Below are positions 8,746 through 18,829 of a stretch of DNA of 41,922 bases, piece after piece. Origin of the DNA: a virus (lineage: Duplodnaviria > Caudoviricetes); IMG/VR virus record IMGVR_UViG_3300035562_000044, positions 1 through 41,922 of that record; one strand, written 5' to 3'. The first letter of the stretch is position 1. The number at the start of each line of letters is the position of its first letter. Made by a program: the position numbers and the translations under genes. The notes beneath the pieces are model-generated. The model saw only the letters and a program-made list of their open reading frames with translations. It was not told the DNA's origin and ran no database searches.

Positions 8746-10205
8746 GCTTCCAGCTCCTCAAGGGCATAGTTGTTATTAACGCGAACCCGCAGACTAATGC
8801 GTTCAGTCGGGGATTTCGGCCCAAAATCGTAGTTGATATAAATCACCCCTGACGCTAACGATTCTGCGGTATTCAGTTCTTCATCCAGCCAGGAACGACC
8901 GCCGAAAATGGCACGCAGCCCCACGAGCTGGCGCATGTAGGCGTTGATTGTGCCGATGATGTCATCCGCGTTATCTTTATCGAGAGGCCGATCAACGTAA
9001 GGCAACAGGGCTTCCTGAATGCTGTCTTCAATCACATCGGCGGTACGTCGGACCGACTCAAAGCGCCATTGCGGATCGGAGGTACACAGGCGGTTGCCCC
9101 AGTGTTTGAAGCCATCACGGCGAATAATGGTGCTGACGTTTTCCATGTTGAGCAGGTTGGCCTGACAGTTAGGCTCTCCCAGAATGAACTCATCAACCTG
9201 TTCAACGCCGAGGATGTTGGCAATATCCTGGTTTGACTTGCTCCACCACCAACCTTTCTCGACGTCAATACGTGCACGCAGTCCAGCAGCCCGTGCCGAG
9301 TAAGGGCGAAACACAATCTCACCAGCTGCATTGGCAACGGATACACGTGGGCGCAGAAGCTCCGTGCGGGCACCGTACATTTGCCGACGCTGGACAACCT
9401 CTTGCGCCGTCGCCATCGACGTACAATCCACATAGTCCACTGCACGTAATTTGTTGGCCGCTGTTTCTAATGCCTTACCTACCGCATCATCTTCACTGAA
9501 ACCGGTAGCAACCAGGATGCGCGGCTTATAGCCGGTGACAGATTCACTTTTCGACCATGCATCAATCCCACCCAGAATGGCCGCGCGTTGTTTGGCGGTT
9601 TCCGTTTCCTCTTCAACGCGAACCACAATCACAAGTCCCGTGGTTTGATCATTAATATCAACCATCGCCGCTTTCAGTGATCCGGCAACCCCAAGCTTGC
9701 TGACCTGTGAACTGCCAATGACCGCTACCGGCGTGTTAAGTGGAAACGGCTCATCTTCGCCCCCACTTAACAATACGGAGAACGGCGAGACAATGCCGAC
9801 CGCTGTCGTTTCCTCTACCTTAATCGCTGAGGTGGCCACTGCTTTCACCGCTGTAGCTACCTCTGAAGCTGTAGCCGTAATTTTTCCTTCAATGTCACAA
9901 CCCAGCGTTATCGACAACACACCGCCAGCATAGGCTGCGCTCGTAGGTATCACGACGGGTATTTTTGGATCAGGAATTCCCGCCACTGCCTTAATCGACA
10001 ACGCATTACCGCCACGCCCTTGAACTGCTGCAGCAAAGTTCAGGACGTTGTCCAGCAAAGATGTACCTACGGCTACTGCCGCATAACTCCCTTTCGATGC
10101 ATTAGGCGCGGTTCCCACCAGGCCAATAATGGCCGTTTGAATTGTGGTGACGGCCACCGTACCCGCCATCAACTCAATCGTCTCTACACCATGTAATTCG
10201 GACAT
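8742..10205 (-). CDS. Contractile tail sheath protein (P2 FI-like) with an extra domain
   Basis: HGVETIE...TAIIGLVGTAP...FPLNTPV...KPRIL...GWWWSKSN...WGNR...FESVRRT; GGAG RBS before ATG 10205. Confidence 0.95.
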   Translation of the reverse strand: MSELHGVETIELMAGTVAVTTIQTAIIGLVGTAPNASKGSYAAVAVGTSLLDNVLNFAAAVQGRGGNALSIKAVAGIPDPKIPVVIPTSAAYAGGVLSITLGCDIEGKITATASEVATAVKAVATSAIKVEETTAVGIVSPFSVLLSGGEDEPFPLNTPVAVIGSSQVSKLGVAGSLKAAMVDINDQTTGLVIVVRVEEETETAKQRAAILGGIDAWSKSESVTGYKPRILVATGFSEDDAVGKALETAANKLRAVDYVDCTSMATAQEVVQRRQMYGARTELLRPRVSVANAAGEIVFRPYSARAAGLRARIDVEKGWWWSKSNQDIANILGVEQVDEFILGEPNCQANLLNMENVSTIIRRDGFKHWGNRLCTSDPQWRFESVRRTADVIEDSIQEALLPYVDRPLDKDNADDIIGTINAYMRQLVGLRAIFGGRSWLDEELNTAESLASGVIYINYDFGPKSPTERISLRVRVNNNYALEELEA

Positions 10206-10220
10206 ATTTTCTCCAGGCAT

Positions 10221-10246
10221 AAAAAAACCGCCAATATCGGCGGTTT
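10221..10246 (-). terminator. Rho-independent terminator after tail fibre assembly gene
   Basis: Minus strand AAACCGCCgatattGGCGGTTTTTTT. Confidence 0.75.
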
Positions 10247-10261
10247 GTTATTTTTACGGGA

Positions 10262-10807
10262 CTATAAAGAGGGAGGGTTTGGCCATGCAATATTAGGTAT
10301 TTCACTTACATCAACATCCTGAACTTCCTGCACGTACTCCATCCACGAAATTAGAGATATCTTATTGGCATCGGTAATTATCCCCAGCATTAACTGAGTT
10401 TGCCAAGCTTGCGTCTTTTTATTCACGTCCGCAATTAGCCTTTCCTTTTGTAATTCTGCCTGCGCTTGTAGTTCGTCGGGGGTGTAAACACGTTTGACAA
10501 TGCTTTCACCGTCAAATACCCACGCGCCAGATATATCCGCGCGGCGGTTTGCCGTAGTATCCAACACTTCGGCCACGCTAAAACCAACTGGCCACAGGGT
10601 CGAGACATCATTGTTATCTGCAATGCTGCGGATAATGCCTTTGTCATCGTATGCAAACTTTATTGTGTCTGGTAAAAAACCCTTTTGACAGCCATACCAT
10701 TCTGTTCCGTTTTCATCGTAGAGAAACATCGTATTGTGTTGATTGCGTAATTTCAGATGCTCGACAGTTTTTGGTTCACCTAACACGAAGTTCTTAAATA
10801 TTTTCAT
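10262..10807 (-). CDS. Tail fibre assembly chaperone (Tfa-like)
   Basis: LYDENGTEWY...DVSTLWP...WQTQLMLGII...WMEYVQ...IAWPNPP. Confidence 0.9.
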   Translation of the reverse strand: MKIFKNFVLGEPKTVEHLKLRNQHNTMFLYDENGTEWYGCQKGFLPDTIKFAYDDKGIIRSIADNNDVSTLWPVGFSVAEVLDTTANRRADISGAWVFDGESIVKRVYTPDELQAQAELQKERLIADVNKKTQAWQTQLMLGIITDANKISLISWMEYVQEVQDVDVSEIPNIAWPNPPSL

Positions 10808-10810
10808 TGA

Positions 10811-12310
10811 TTAACGTCCTATCGTGAGCCATTGACCATTTTTGTAAATCTGGATATAGCTCCAGAACAGGGACTCGGCAGAATAGTCACCGTCTCTGTT
10901 ATCGAATCCAGTTAAAACAGTGTTGTCGTGATAAGTATAAATTCCTGTAGCTCCGTGTTGAGTCTCTGCTGTGTATCTGACGTTTTGAATAAAATTTTGG
11001 TTTACCCAATCATATGTTGCTCGAGAATTTAAATTATTAACCAACCAATCTCGCAGATAACCGCCCCACATCGTCCCCTCAATATTTCCATCAGGATAGA
11101 GTTTTGAGCCGTTACCACCGCCAGCCCCCACTGTACTACCTGCGCTGAATGAGCCGTCATTGCGGAATTCATACCAGCCGTCAGCGCCACCATTGGCAAC
11201 ATGAATACCTAAGTAGTGGTGCTGCCCCTTGCGCTCTTGCTGGTACAAGTCAGCAAACAAATTCCCGGCACCCTGTATTCTCATACCGTTAGTTTGTATT
11301 TCATTATTACCAATATCTTGAAAACCACGTTTCGTAATAAAGTCTTTACCGTTTACATTAAGTGTTTGCTCAATGGTTGTATCCTTTCCAACGTACAAAC
11401 CTTCGGTTACATTTAATGCTTTAATAGTATCGCCATCTTTGTAGACAAAACGTTTATCGGCCTCCCCTTTACTCCATGCCCCAACGTCGCTTGCAGTAGG
11501 TTTATAATCAGTCGTGTAGATTCGACTCCATTTCACTCCATTTACAGGTACGCTTGACGATCCAACATACGCTGCACCATTTCCTGATACGGCAATATAT
11601 CCTGTTGACGGACCAGCATCACATGGCAGACTAACGACACCCGTGGCAATATTCCCTGTAATTGGCGGACCATTAACTGAAGACGCATTAACACGATAAA
11701 ATTGCGCGATATTACTGTATGCATTATCTTTGCTGTGAGGCCCATCCCCCAGACCAAAAGCACCGACCTGCATTACATTCCCATCGGCAATTCCGACGTC
11801 CTTTATTGCTGCTGTACCTAGCTCAAGATTTTTACGCGATTTTACTTTATCTTTTACATCAGAAAGATTTGCATCCTGGCGTAAGAATAAACCCTCTCCG
11901 GTTGCAACATTTAACGTTACGTTATCAGTCTCTGAGACAGCAAGACGGAATTGCATTACGATACTGACACCATTAGTGGGCTTATCAAAGGTCGCGCAGT
12001 TAGCAATTGCGTACAGCTCGCCTTTGTCTGTCAACAGGCCAATCTCACGCACTGTGAAACCACCCACGTTCGCTGGAATGACTAACTGCGCAATAATTTG
12101 ATTAGGTTGGTCGGTTGATACCGTTAAATCTGAAATGCTGTTGCGATAGACTTCATGAACCAATGCTGTACGAGCTGGGTCGGGTATCTGAGCCTGGCCG
12201 TTACCGTCACCCACGACAAACTTAACAAGCGTTATCTTTGTGCCATTAGCTATCGCTGCCGCCTCCAACGCCTTACCGGTATTGGTGAGTATTGCGTAAT
12301 AATCTGCCAT
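10811..12310 (-). CDS. Main tail fibre protein (P2 gpH-like N-terminus)
   Basis: YYAILTNTG...VGDGNG...GGFTVREIGL anchor, GNVMQVGAFGLG motif, variable C-terminal tip. Confidence 0.92.
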   Translation of the reverse strand: MADYYAILTNTGKALEAAAIANGTKITLVKFVVGDGNGQAQIPDPARTALVHEVYRNSISDLTVSTDQPNQIIAQLVIPANVGGFTVREIGLLTDKGELYAIANCATFDKPTNGVSIVMQFRLAVSETDNVTLNVATGEGLFLRQDANLSDVKDKVKSRKNLELGTAAIKDVGIADGNVMQVGAFGLGDGPHSKDNAYSNIAQFYRVNASSVNGPPITGNIATGVVSLPCDAGPSTGYIAVSGNGAAYVGSSSVPVNGVKWSRIYTTDYKPTASDVGAWSKGEADKRFVYKDGDTIKALNVTEGLYVGKDTTIEQTLNVNGKDFITKRGFQDIGNNEIQTNGMRIQGAGNLFADLYQQERKGQHHYLGIHVANGGADGWYEFRNDGSFSAGSTVGAGGGNGSKLYPDGNIEGTMWGGYLRDWLVNNLNSRATYDWVNQNFIQNVRYTAETQHGATGIYTYHDNTVLTGFDNRDGDYSAESLFWSYIQIYKNGQWLTIGR

Positions 12311-12864
12311 CAGGCCTCCCCTGCAAAAATATCAATATCAAAATGCGCGGTAACAGCACCGGCCATGAAATAAGTACCAGTAGCCCCCACATCCGCAATC
12401 ACATCAATGGTGGTCAATGCGCTACGCAGGTTTTTACTGCCCTCCACCAACCGTTCTATTTGGTCGTAAAGGTCACTGGAGATCGGTGGCGCTGTGTAAA
12501 CTTCAACCCGAAAAGTATAGGGTTCGCGTTTCGGCGACTCCTGCCACCACTCAATAATCGTTGTGGGAAGCCCCACGGATCTTAGCGCTCGTCGAACAGC
12601 GCCAGCTGTTCCCCGATGTTGGTGAACATAAGCGGCATCCTTGATGACCTGCCGTTTCTTATTTTCATCCCACACAGGGTCCCAATAATCCACCGCATAT
12701 TCCCAAGCCAGCCAGGGCAACAGATGAACAGGGCAATCATCGGGATTTTTAACATCCCTGGCGATATTAGCGGGAACGGCAATGATCGCTTCCACAGTCG
12801 CTCGCTCCAGCGCACGCTCTGCCGGTATTGCATTGGAAGGGAGCAACGTTTTAAACATCGGCAT
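12310..12864 (-). CDS. Baseplate protein (P2 gpI-like)
   Basis: LLPSNA...CPVHLLPWLAWEYAVD.W...HQHRGT. Confidence 0.93.
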   Translation of the reverse strand: MPMFKTLLPSNAIPAERALERATVEAIIAVPANIARDVKNPDDCPVHLLPWLAWEYAVDYWDPVWDENKKRQVIKDAAYVHQHRGTAGAVRRALRSVGLPTTIIEWWQESPKREPYTFRVEVYTAPPISSDLYDQIERLVEGSKNLRSALTTIDVIADVGATGTYFMAGAVTAHFDIDIFAGEA

Positions 12865-13771
12865 TGCTCCCTGTACTGCGCGTCAATATAGGGGCAGCAC
12901 AAAATGGTGCGGCCCCCATTGCACGCTCTATATCAGCCACCGGTTTAGTCAACCGGACACGCGTCACGCCAGATTGCTGTAATGCTGCATAAATAGCGGA
13001 TAAAGGCACGACACCGCCGATTCGCTTTGCCAGCGCCAAATAGTTGATATACGTCTCTTTCGCATTATTGAAGACGGTTTCAGCATCCGGACCGTCAGGT
13101 ATTTCCAAATCGGCCTCAGTTTCGAAGCGGGTTAATGTGGCGCTTTTCACCTGAACATAATCAGTCAGTGGCCGTTTTTCATCTTCGCTCAACACGCCTG
13201 AAACTTTCGCAAGCAATGCCGTCGGTGCGATCCCATCCCCAGTACGCGACAAAACATACACGTCCACTTCACCAGGACGACTATGCGTTTTAGGTCCGTA
13301 CCCTTCCGCATCTAACACATCAGGATCAGCGGATTTAGCATGGAACCGGTAAGCATTGCGTGAACCGGCTGTATTCAATTGTGACCAGGACAACTGGATG
13401 CGTTCACGATAGGCATCGTCATTTTCCATCACCGCTTCAATCGGCGGTACCGCATCGGGTTCTGCCGGTGTGATAATCAGCCTGGCAACATTGAAACCTG
13501 CACCAATCTGGTCAAGATCATTGCCTTTGGCACTGGCAAGGAATACCGCACGCACCGCGTCATTCACACGTTGCAACAACAACGTGATCTGATAAGCATT
13601 GATCTCCCCTTGCTTGAACACCGGATCAGATTCCACCAGCGCATCAAATTCCGGGTCCAGTTCGCGCAAGCGGGTTAGCCACTGCGAAAATATGGCGCTG
13701 GGGTCTGGAACCTGAACCGCGTCCGGGACCGGCAGCGCGGACAGATTGATGATGTTAGGGCTGGTTGCCAT
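12851..13771 (-). CDS. Baseplate wedge protein (P2 gpJ-like)
   Basis: INLSALPVPD...LVESDP...RVNDA...DLDQIGA...TAGSRNAYRFHA...RPLTDYV. Confidence 0.94.
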   Translation of the reverse strand: MATSPNIINLSALPVPDAVQVPDPSAIFSQWLTRLRELDPEFDALVESDPVFKQGEINAYQITLLLQRVNDAVRAVFLASAKGNDLDQIGAGFNVARLIITPAEPDAVPPIEAVMENDDAYRERIQLSWSQLNTAGSRNAYRFHAKSADPDVLDAEGYGPKTHSRPGEVDVYVLSRTGDGIAPTALLAKVSGVLSEDEKRPLTDYVQVKSATLTRFETEADLEIPDGPDAETVFNNAKETYINYLALAKRIGGVVPLSAIYAALQQSGVTRVRLTKPVADIERAMGAAPFCAAPILTRSTGSNADV

Positions 13772-14105
13772 AGAGTTGAATCCCATCAAGTGTTAAGGGT
13801 TTGCCGGTTTCGGTATTCACGCCTTCAATGGTCAGTGTTGTGACGCACTGGCTCTGGAAACTGACAGAAATGCGTTTTACTTTAAGCCGGGGTTCCCAGC
13901 GGGCCAGCGCCGATGCACTAGCCGCAATGATCCGTACACGGGTCAATTCGTCCTGGGGGTTATCCACCAGCGCCGGTAAGTCACTCCCGTAATCACGCAA
14001 CAAAACCCGGCTTTTTTTTGGGGTGGTGAGAATATCGGTGATTGACTGGCGCAGATGCGCATCACCGGACAACCGCTTGCCGTCACCGGCATTCACTCCC
14101 TGCAT
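13755..14105 (-). CDS. Baseplate protein gpW (gp25-like)
   Basis: HLRQSITDILTTP..SRV..RDYGS...ALARWEPR. Confidence 0.94.
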   Translation of the reverse strand: MQGVNAGDGKRLSGDAHLRQSITDILTTPKKSRVLLRDYGSDLPALVDNPQDELTRVRIIAASASALARWEPRLKVKRISVSFQSQCVTTLTIEGVNTETGKPLTLDGIQLYGNQP

Positions 14106-14120
14106 AAAACCCCCATAATA

Positions 14121-14142
14121 AAAAACCCGCTCTGAGCGGGTT
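14121..14142 (-). terminator. Rho-independent terminator after baseplate spike gene
   Basis: Minus strand AACCCGCTcagAGCGGGTTTTT. Confidence 0.7.
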
Positions 14143-14758
14143 ACATTTGGTTATTAGGCTTATCCGTGTCGCCACCGTGCGGATCGGGGTGGGTGTGCAT
14201 GTTGAAAATCTCACGGACCCGGCTGAGCGTGCTTTTGCCGTCGGAAATGTTTCCCGTAGCGGACAGATCACCGGTAACAGCCGTATCCGCTTTCAGCTCC
14301 GTTTTCCCTTTCACTGTCAGCGTATCCGTTATCTCTACCGGGCCGCGCAGCGTCCCCTTGCCGATAATTTCATAAGTGCCACCGTCGGAAATAATGATTT
14401 TTAATGCGTGAGCGTCGCGGTCATAGCGGATCTCTGTGCCATCGCTGTAACGCGTGATGTGCTCACTTTCACTGCCCTCTGGCACCGGCATTGCGCCCGT
14501 ATTCCAGCCGGGGAACACCCGGCCATTATTCAGATCACCCGCCTCACTGATCACCGTGACCGCATCACCCACCGCAAACGGGTTGGAGTCCGCCCGGTTA
14601 GCACCGGAAAACCCCTGACACAACGGTAGCCAGGTCGTGACAATATCCCCAAGCGCAACACGGCACTTGGGGATTTTTCCCGGCTGTATAGCCTGAATAA
14701 CGCCACGGCGGATCATATTACTGAGGCGTTGCTGTAATTCACTCAGTACCTGTTCCAT
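14141..14758 (-). CDS. Baseplate spike protein (P2 gpV-like)
   Basis: NMIRRGVI...TTWLP...VGDAV...YSDGT.I.YD; C-terminal HTH (His-x-His) iron-binding tip. Confidence 0.93.
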   Translation of the reverse strand: MEQVLSELQQRLSNMIRRGVIQAIQPGKIPKCRVALGDIVTTWLPLCQGFSGANRADSNPFAVGDAVTVISEAGDLNNGRVFPGWNTGAMPVPEGSESEHITRYSDGTEIRYDRDAHALKIIISDGGTYEIIGKGTLRGPVEITDTLTVKGKTELKADTAVTGDLSATGNISDGKSTLSRVREIFNMHTHPDPHGGDTDKPNNQM

Positions 14759-15302
14759 CGTCTTTAGCCTTGTAAATCAGGTGATAATCATTGACGTGAG
14801 CTGTACCAACATCAGGAGAGAGGCCAAGATAAACCGCTTTCAATGGAACACCGGTAGAGGCAAACGGGTCGGTCCCCATCGCGGCCCCTTGGCTGTACTT
14901 CACCGAACGGACAATGTAGTCATCCAGCGCCGGGTCGAAAGCGTCCACCGAAGAAGAAAGCAGTTCTGCAGGCGAAAGGCCGTCCATGTCGAAGGTCCTC
15001 TCATCGATCCATTGGCTGATATCTGCAGCTGCAGTAGCCGCATATATAGAGGGTTTCTCGATATCGACGGTCGCGGACTTGTTCACCACAATGAACAACT
15101 CGCAATCAAGGGACACATTCAACTGACCATTGCTGCCGTCGGCACGATCCCAGCCATGAATCGCTAAAAATACGGCGGGAGTTTTCAGGGAAAGTTTGGT
15201 ATCCGATTCAGGGTAGCTGTCAGCCTCACGAACCCAGGCAATAGAACGTAGCGCACGGACTACCGCGTCATGGTATCCAGCTATAGAGATAGGAGTTGGC
15301 AT
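14739..15302 (-). CDS. Putative tail terminator/completion protein
   Basis: Size and position between neck genes and gpV; TPAVFL motif. Confidence 0.6.
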   Translation of the reverse strand: MPTPISIAGYHDAVVRALRSIAWVREADSYPESDTKLSLKTPAVFLAIHGWDRADGSNGQLNVSLDCELFIVVNKSATVDIEKPSIYAATAAADISQWIDERTFDMDGLSPAELLSSSVDAFDPALDDYIVRSVKYSQGAAMGTDPFASTGVPLKAVYLGLSPDVGTAHVNDYHLIYKAKDDGTGTE

Positions 15303-15312
15303 AATATCCTCT

Positions 15313-15975
15313 TCAACTGCTCACGTTGATACGAGCCTTGATCCGGCCTTTAATATCGGTCTGGAAATGCTGAAAGAAAATTGCGGCCACATCGTCAAAC
15401 GCGTTGTCCTCGATGTAGTTCAGCATCGGCTCATAAATGTCGATCTCAGCCTCTTTTGTTCGCCGCGTTGCCGGGTCGCGAATGACCACCGTTCGCCGAC
15501 CTTCCCGTTTGCTACGCGACACTTCTCCATTTTCAAACGTTTTTCCCGCCAACAACTTGCCCTGCGGTTCAAAACCGGCATCGCCGCGCTTTCGCCGGGA
15601 AGGGGAAAAGCGGCCGGTTTTCGGGTCGCGTTTGTCATGATGGGGAAGGATACGGCCACGAATGCGCCCTTTCAGGTCCTTCACTTTTATGGCGTTCAGG
15701 CCAAACCACAATTTCCCCTCATCAAGCGTGGCACCTCGTGATAAACGAAAAGACAGAAGGCGCTTGCGAACCATCGCCATACTGCGGGGAGCGATGCCGG
15801 TCTTTAAGTCTGCCATCGCCCGCTTGCGTACAGTGACTGCCGTGCGCTTGAGCGCCCGCGAATAGGCCATCATGTATTGCTTATGATTTGCCCCTGCCGC
15901 TATCGCGATATCCCGCAAAACGTCGGTATCAATATCGATCGGCAAATTGCGCTGTATCCTGCCCGCTCTGGCCAT
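15313..15975 (-). CDS. Putative neck/tail completion protein (lambda gpZ-like position)
   Basis: Very basic, RALKRTA motif, follows head-closure gene. Confidence 0.6.
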   Translation of the reverse strand: MARAGRIQRNLPIDIDTDVLRDIAIAAGANHKQYMMAYSRALKRTAVTVRKRAMADLKTGIAPRSMAMVRKRLLSFRLSRGATLDEGKLWFGLNAIKVKDLKGRIRGRILPHHDKRDPKTGRFSPSRRKRGDAGFEPQGKLLAGKTFENGEVSRSKREGRRTVVIRDPATRRTKEAEIDIYEPMLNYIEDNAFDDVAAIFFQHFQTDIKGRIKARINVSS

Positions 15976-15976
15976 A

Positions 15977-16336
15977 TCATTTGCTCCACCCATTAATCAC
16001 CGGCGCAGGCTCTCCGGGTTCACCGTTCGCCAACGTGATACGGGTCCGGCCCGCTTCGTTAGCGCCAATATGCGTCACCCAAAACACCTCTTCCCCCACT
16101 ACAACACGGTCACGCTTTGACAAGCCGGAAATGTCGGCGGTGTAGGTGCTGATGGCCGGAGCGGTATCATTGATCTCGCCACCGCCAGGAATATTCACCG
16201 GGGAATCCGGACTTTCGAAAATCGCCACCACAGGCCGAACAACGCCACCGATGAACAATTTCACCGGGGACGCCTCGGCAAAGTAGCGGTCCACCTTCTG
16301 ATCCGCCCGGCGGAGTCGTTCAGTGAACCGGGACAT
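15977..16336 (-). CDS. Head-tail joining protein (lambda FII-like)
   Basis: 119 aa beta-rich protein in gene order after DUF2190. Confidence 0.7.
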   Translation of the reverse strand: MSRFTERLRRADQKVDRYFAEASPVKLFIGGVVRPVVAIFESPDSPVNIPGGGEINDTAPAISTYTADISGLSKRDRVVVGEEVFWVTHIGANEAGRTRITLANGEPGEPAPVINGWSK

Positions 16337-16692
16337 TAGTAACCCAACCGGACCGGGGCTGACTCCTGACCTGCCTCTCCATCACTCCAGGCACTACCGG
16401 CAAAAGGATGTGCGACTGCCGGTGTAGCACCATCGTCCGCTTTAGCGGTCAGCGCCCCCGAGGCGTCCAGGTACAACTTTTCGCCTGCTTTCCAGGTTTC
16501 ATCTGCCAATTTCGGTACCACAAAGACACCGACCATATGCAAAACGCCCCACAAACCTACCGGGATGTCATTATGTGCGATGCCAACCAGCGCACCTGCA
16601 GCCACCGGTTGACCTGACGCGATCAAGGTTTCGGCGGTATTTTTCCAGTCCAGCGTGGTGCCATCCTGCTGTAAATTCGTTGCCATAATCAT
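16336..16692 (-). CDS. DUF2190 family capsid-associated protein
   Basis: ATNLQQDGTTL...SGQPV...GIA...GVF..PK...VRL; typical after ClpP-capsid fusions. Confidence 0.85.
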   Translation of the reverse strand: MIMATNLQQDGTTLDWKNTAETLIASGQPVAAGALVGIAHNDIPVGLWGVLHMVGVFVVPKLADETWKAGEKLYLDASGALTAKADDGATPAVAHPFAGSAWSDGEAGQESAPVRLGY

Positions 16693-16762
16693 TTTCTCCA
16701 GAAAGTAAAACGGGTGGCCATTGCCACCCGCTGGGTAAAGAAACTGCAATGCTGACTCGCTA

Positions 16763-18829
16763 TCACGCTTTACCGGTAGATTTCACCAGGCCGCGATAAT
16801 CAAGTGGGGCTACGCCCGCATCAATGCGCACTTTGAATGCGGCACCATCGACGGTAAAGCCCTGCTGTTGCTCCAGATACGGTGCATCGATACCGTCAAG
16901 ATAGGCAACCTCAATGGTGTCTTTGCCCTGTGCGGCAGTCAGGTACCACGCCTCCGCGCTATTGTCATCCAGACGCGCATCCGCAATGACCTCCACAAAG
17001 TTTTGGATAGGGTTGCTGATCCCGCTGTTGGCATCCGCGCCCGGCACGCTGACGGACTTAATCAACTGGTTGGCTTTGGACTCAAGCGCCACCGGCGTCA
17101 GCATGAAGGCCGGACGAATGTTGAGTTTGCGCTTATCGTTGGTTTGCAGCAGCATGGCCTGACGCGCCTTATCCAGACCGTCAATAGTCAGCGGCTGTTT
17201 AACCAAGTTTTTGTGATCGGCGCTGAACAGCGCTTTTCCATCACTCATTGCCGGGTTGCTGGTCAGCACGGCCCAGACCAACTCACCTACGGTGTAACGT
17301 GCAGCGCCGCCCATCATCTGAGGGATACGGGTCAGCATGTCCATGTCGTCGTTGATAATGGTTTGGCGATCGATACTGAACAACTCGCCATAGGTCGCCA
17401 GGGCAATGGCTTCCCCTTTGTCACCAACCGTAATGTATTTGTATTCCGCACCCGGCTTAACTTCACGCAGTTTATCCAGCGCTCCCAGGCCGACACGATG
17501 CGCGGTTTTAAAATCGGTCAGCGTGCCTTTGCGCGTCCAGCGGTCGAAGGTTTCATTTGCTTCTTCCCAGCCCAGCAGCGCCGACTTGTGCGCCACATCC
17601 ATCAGGATATTGCCAAAATCCGAACTGGAGTGCGTGAAGGCCAACCCGACCACGCCGGTCGCTGCCATGCCTGATACGCCAATACCACGATCCACCAGCG
17701 ACGCGCGCGCCAACTCACGCAAAGTCAGCCCCTGGTACGGGTTGTCTTTCTCCGCCTGGACATGCCCAGCGCGGTTCATGACTGAGGCACGAACTGAATC
17801 GCCGACCAAATTACCGTTACCAGCAAAGATATGGGCCATGCTGGCACCGGCGCTCGGCGTAGTGCCTTCGGCCAGTTTTGCCAACAGGCGATCTTTCGCC
17901 ACACTGGCCTCACAGCTCATGTCGTTGACGCATTCAGTGCGCAGCGCAGCCAGTTGCGGGAAGCCTTCAAACACGGCATTCACGGCAGTAACGCGGGCGG
18001 TGTTGTTGGCCTGTAACGTTTGCTGCAGTTGTACTGCCAGTGCAGCAACATCGATTTGTTGATGCTGTGCGGCAGGCGTTGTTGGTGCGGCTGGGGCTGG
18101 AACTTGCACGGTGGATGCAGGAGCCTGCGCACGGGCACCAAAGAGGGTATTAGCTGCTTGTGGCATATTGGGGTAATCCTTCAGTTTGTTTTGATTGAGC
18201 GATGCAGCTGCATCAAGAGGTTCTTCCAGTACATCAGCGAAACCTTTGGCTACCGCTTCGGCACCGTCCATCCAGGTTTCAGCCTTCAACAAGGCACCAA
18301 TTTCTTCACGGGATAACCCGCTTTTCTGCATGTACGCCGTCAGCATCATGCTTTCATTGCGATCGAGGAAGTCAGCGTAATCCCGCATTTCATCAGAATC
18401 GCCCGCCACACCGCCCCAGGGTTTGTGGATCATCATCCAGGCGTTGGACGGCATGTGAACCGTTGCGTTTGGCAGGCAGGCAATCACTGATGCCATGCTG
18501 GCGGCCAGACCATCAATGTAGATATCAACCTTTCCCGTTAACCGCTGCATCGTGTTGTAAATGGCGAACCCGTGCATGACATCCCCGCCGGGGCTGTGAA
18601 TATGCAGTTCCACATTGGTCGCCTCAAAAACACCGGCATCACGACAATCATTGATGAATGACTGCGCTGAAATGCCCCACCGGCCGATTTCTTCATAGAG
18701 GTAAATCTCAACGCGGCCCGGCGTTGCAGCTGCCGCTCTGATTTCATACCAACTTTCACCGTTTACGGCGTCGATCCCGCTGAGACTTGCCCTCGGCATC
18801 ATCAACAGCGGGTTTGTTTGTTTCTTCAT
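16763..18829 (-). CDS. ClpP-like prohead protease / major capsid protein fusion (688 aa)
   Basis: IHSPGGDV, GLAASMAS (Ser), MMIHKPW (His), AETWM, then Mu-T-like capsid part (SSSDF...DFK...EYKY...TYG...IINDD); GGAG RBS before ATG 18829. Confidence 0.93.
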   Translation of the reverse strand: MKKQTNPLLMMPRASLSGIDAVNGESWYEIRAAAATPGRVEIYLYEEIGRWGISAQSFINDCRDAGVFEATNVELHIHSPGGDVMHGFAIYNTMQRLTGKVDIYIDGLAASMASVIACLPNATVHMPSNAWMMIHKPWGGVAGDSDEMRDYADFLDRNESMMLTAYMQKSGLSREEIGALLKAETWMDGAEAVAKGFADVLEEPLDAAASLNQNKLKDYPNMPQAANTLFGARAQAPASTVQVPAPAAPTTPAAQHQQIDVAALAVQLQQTLQANNTARVTAVNAVFEGFPQLAALRTECVNDMSCEASVAKDRLLAKLAEGTTPSAGASMAHIFAGNGNLVGDSVRASVMNRAGHVQAEKDNPYQGLTLRELARASLVDRGIGVSGMAATGVVGLAFTHSSSDFGNILMDVAHKSALLGWEEANETFDRWTRKGTLTDFKTAHRVGLGALDKLREVKPGAEYKYITVGDKGEAIALATYGELFSIDRQTIINDDMDMLTRIPQMMGGAARYTVGELVWAVLTSNPAMSDGKALFSADHKNLVKQPLTIDGLDKARQAMLLQTNDKRKLNIRPAFMLTPVALESKANQLIKSVSVPGADANSGISNPIQNFVEVIADARLDDNSAEAWYLTAAQGKDTIEVAYLDGIDAPYLEQQQGFTVDGAAFKVRIDAGVAPLDYRGLVKSTGKA

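Noticed and set aside
10262-12310. Invertible tail-fibre cassette or diversity-generating retroelement
   Set aside because: No serine invertase, no second inverted fibre tip, no reverse transcriptase or template/variable repeat pair seen
16868-18062. Long plus-strand ORFs (268 aa, 218 aa) opposite the capsid gene
   Set aside because: Antisense shadows of a conserved GC-rich gene; no RBS or motifs
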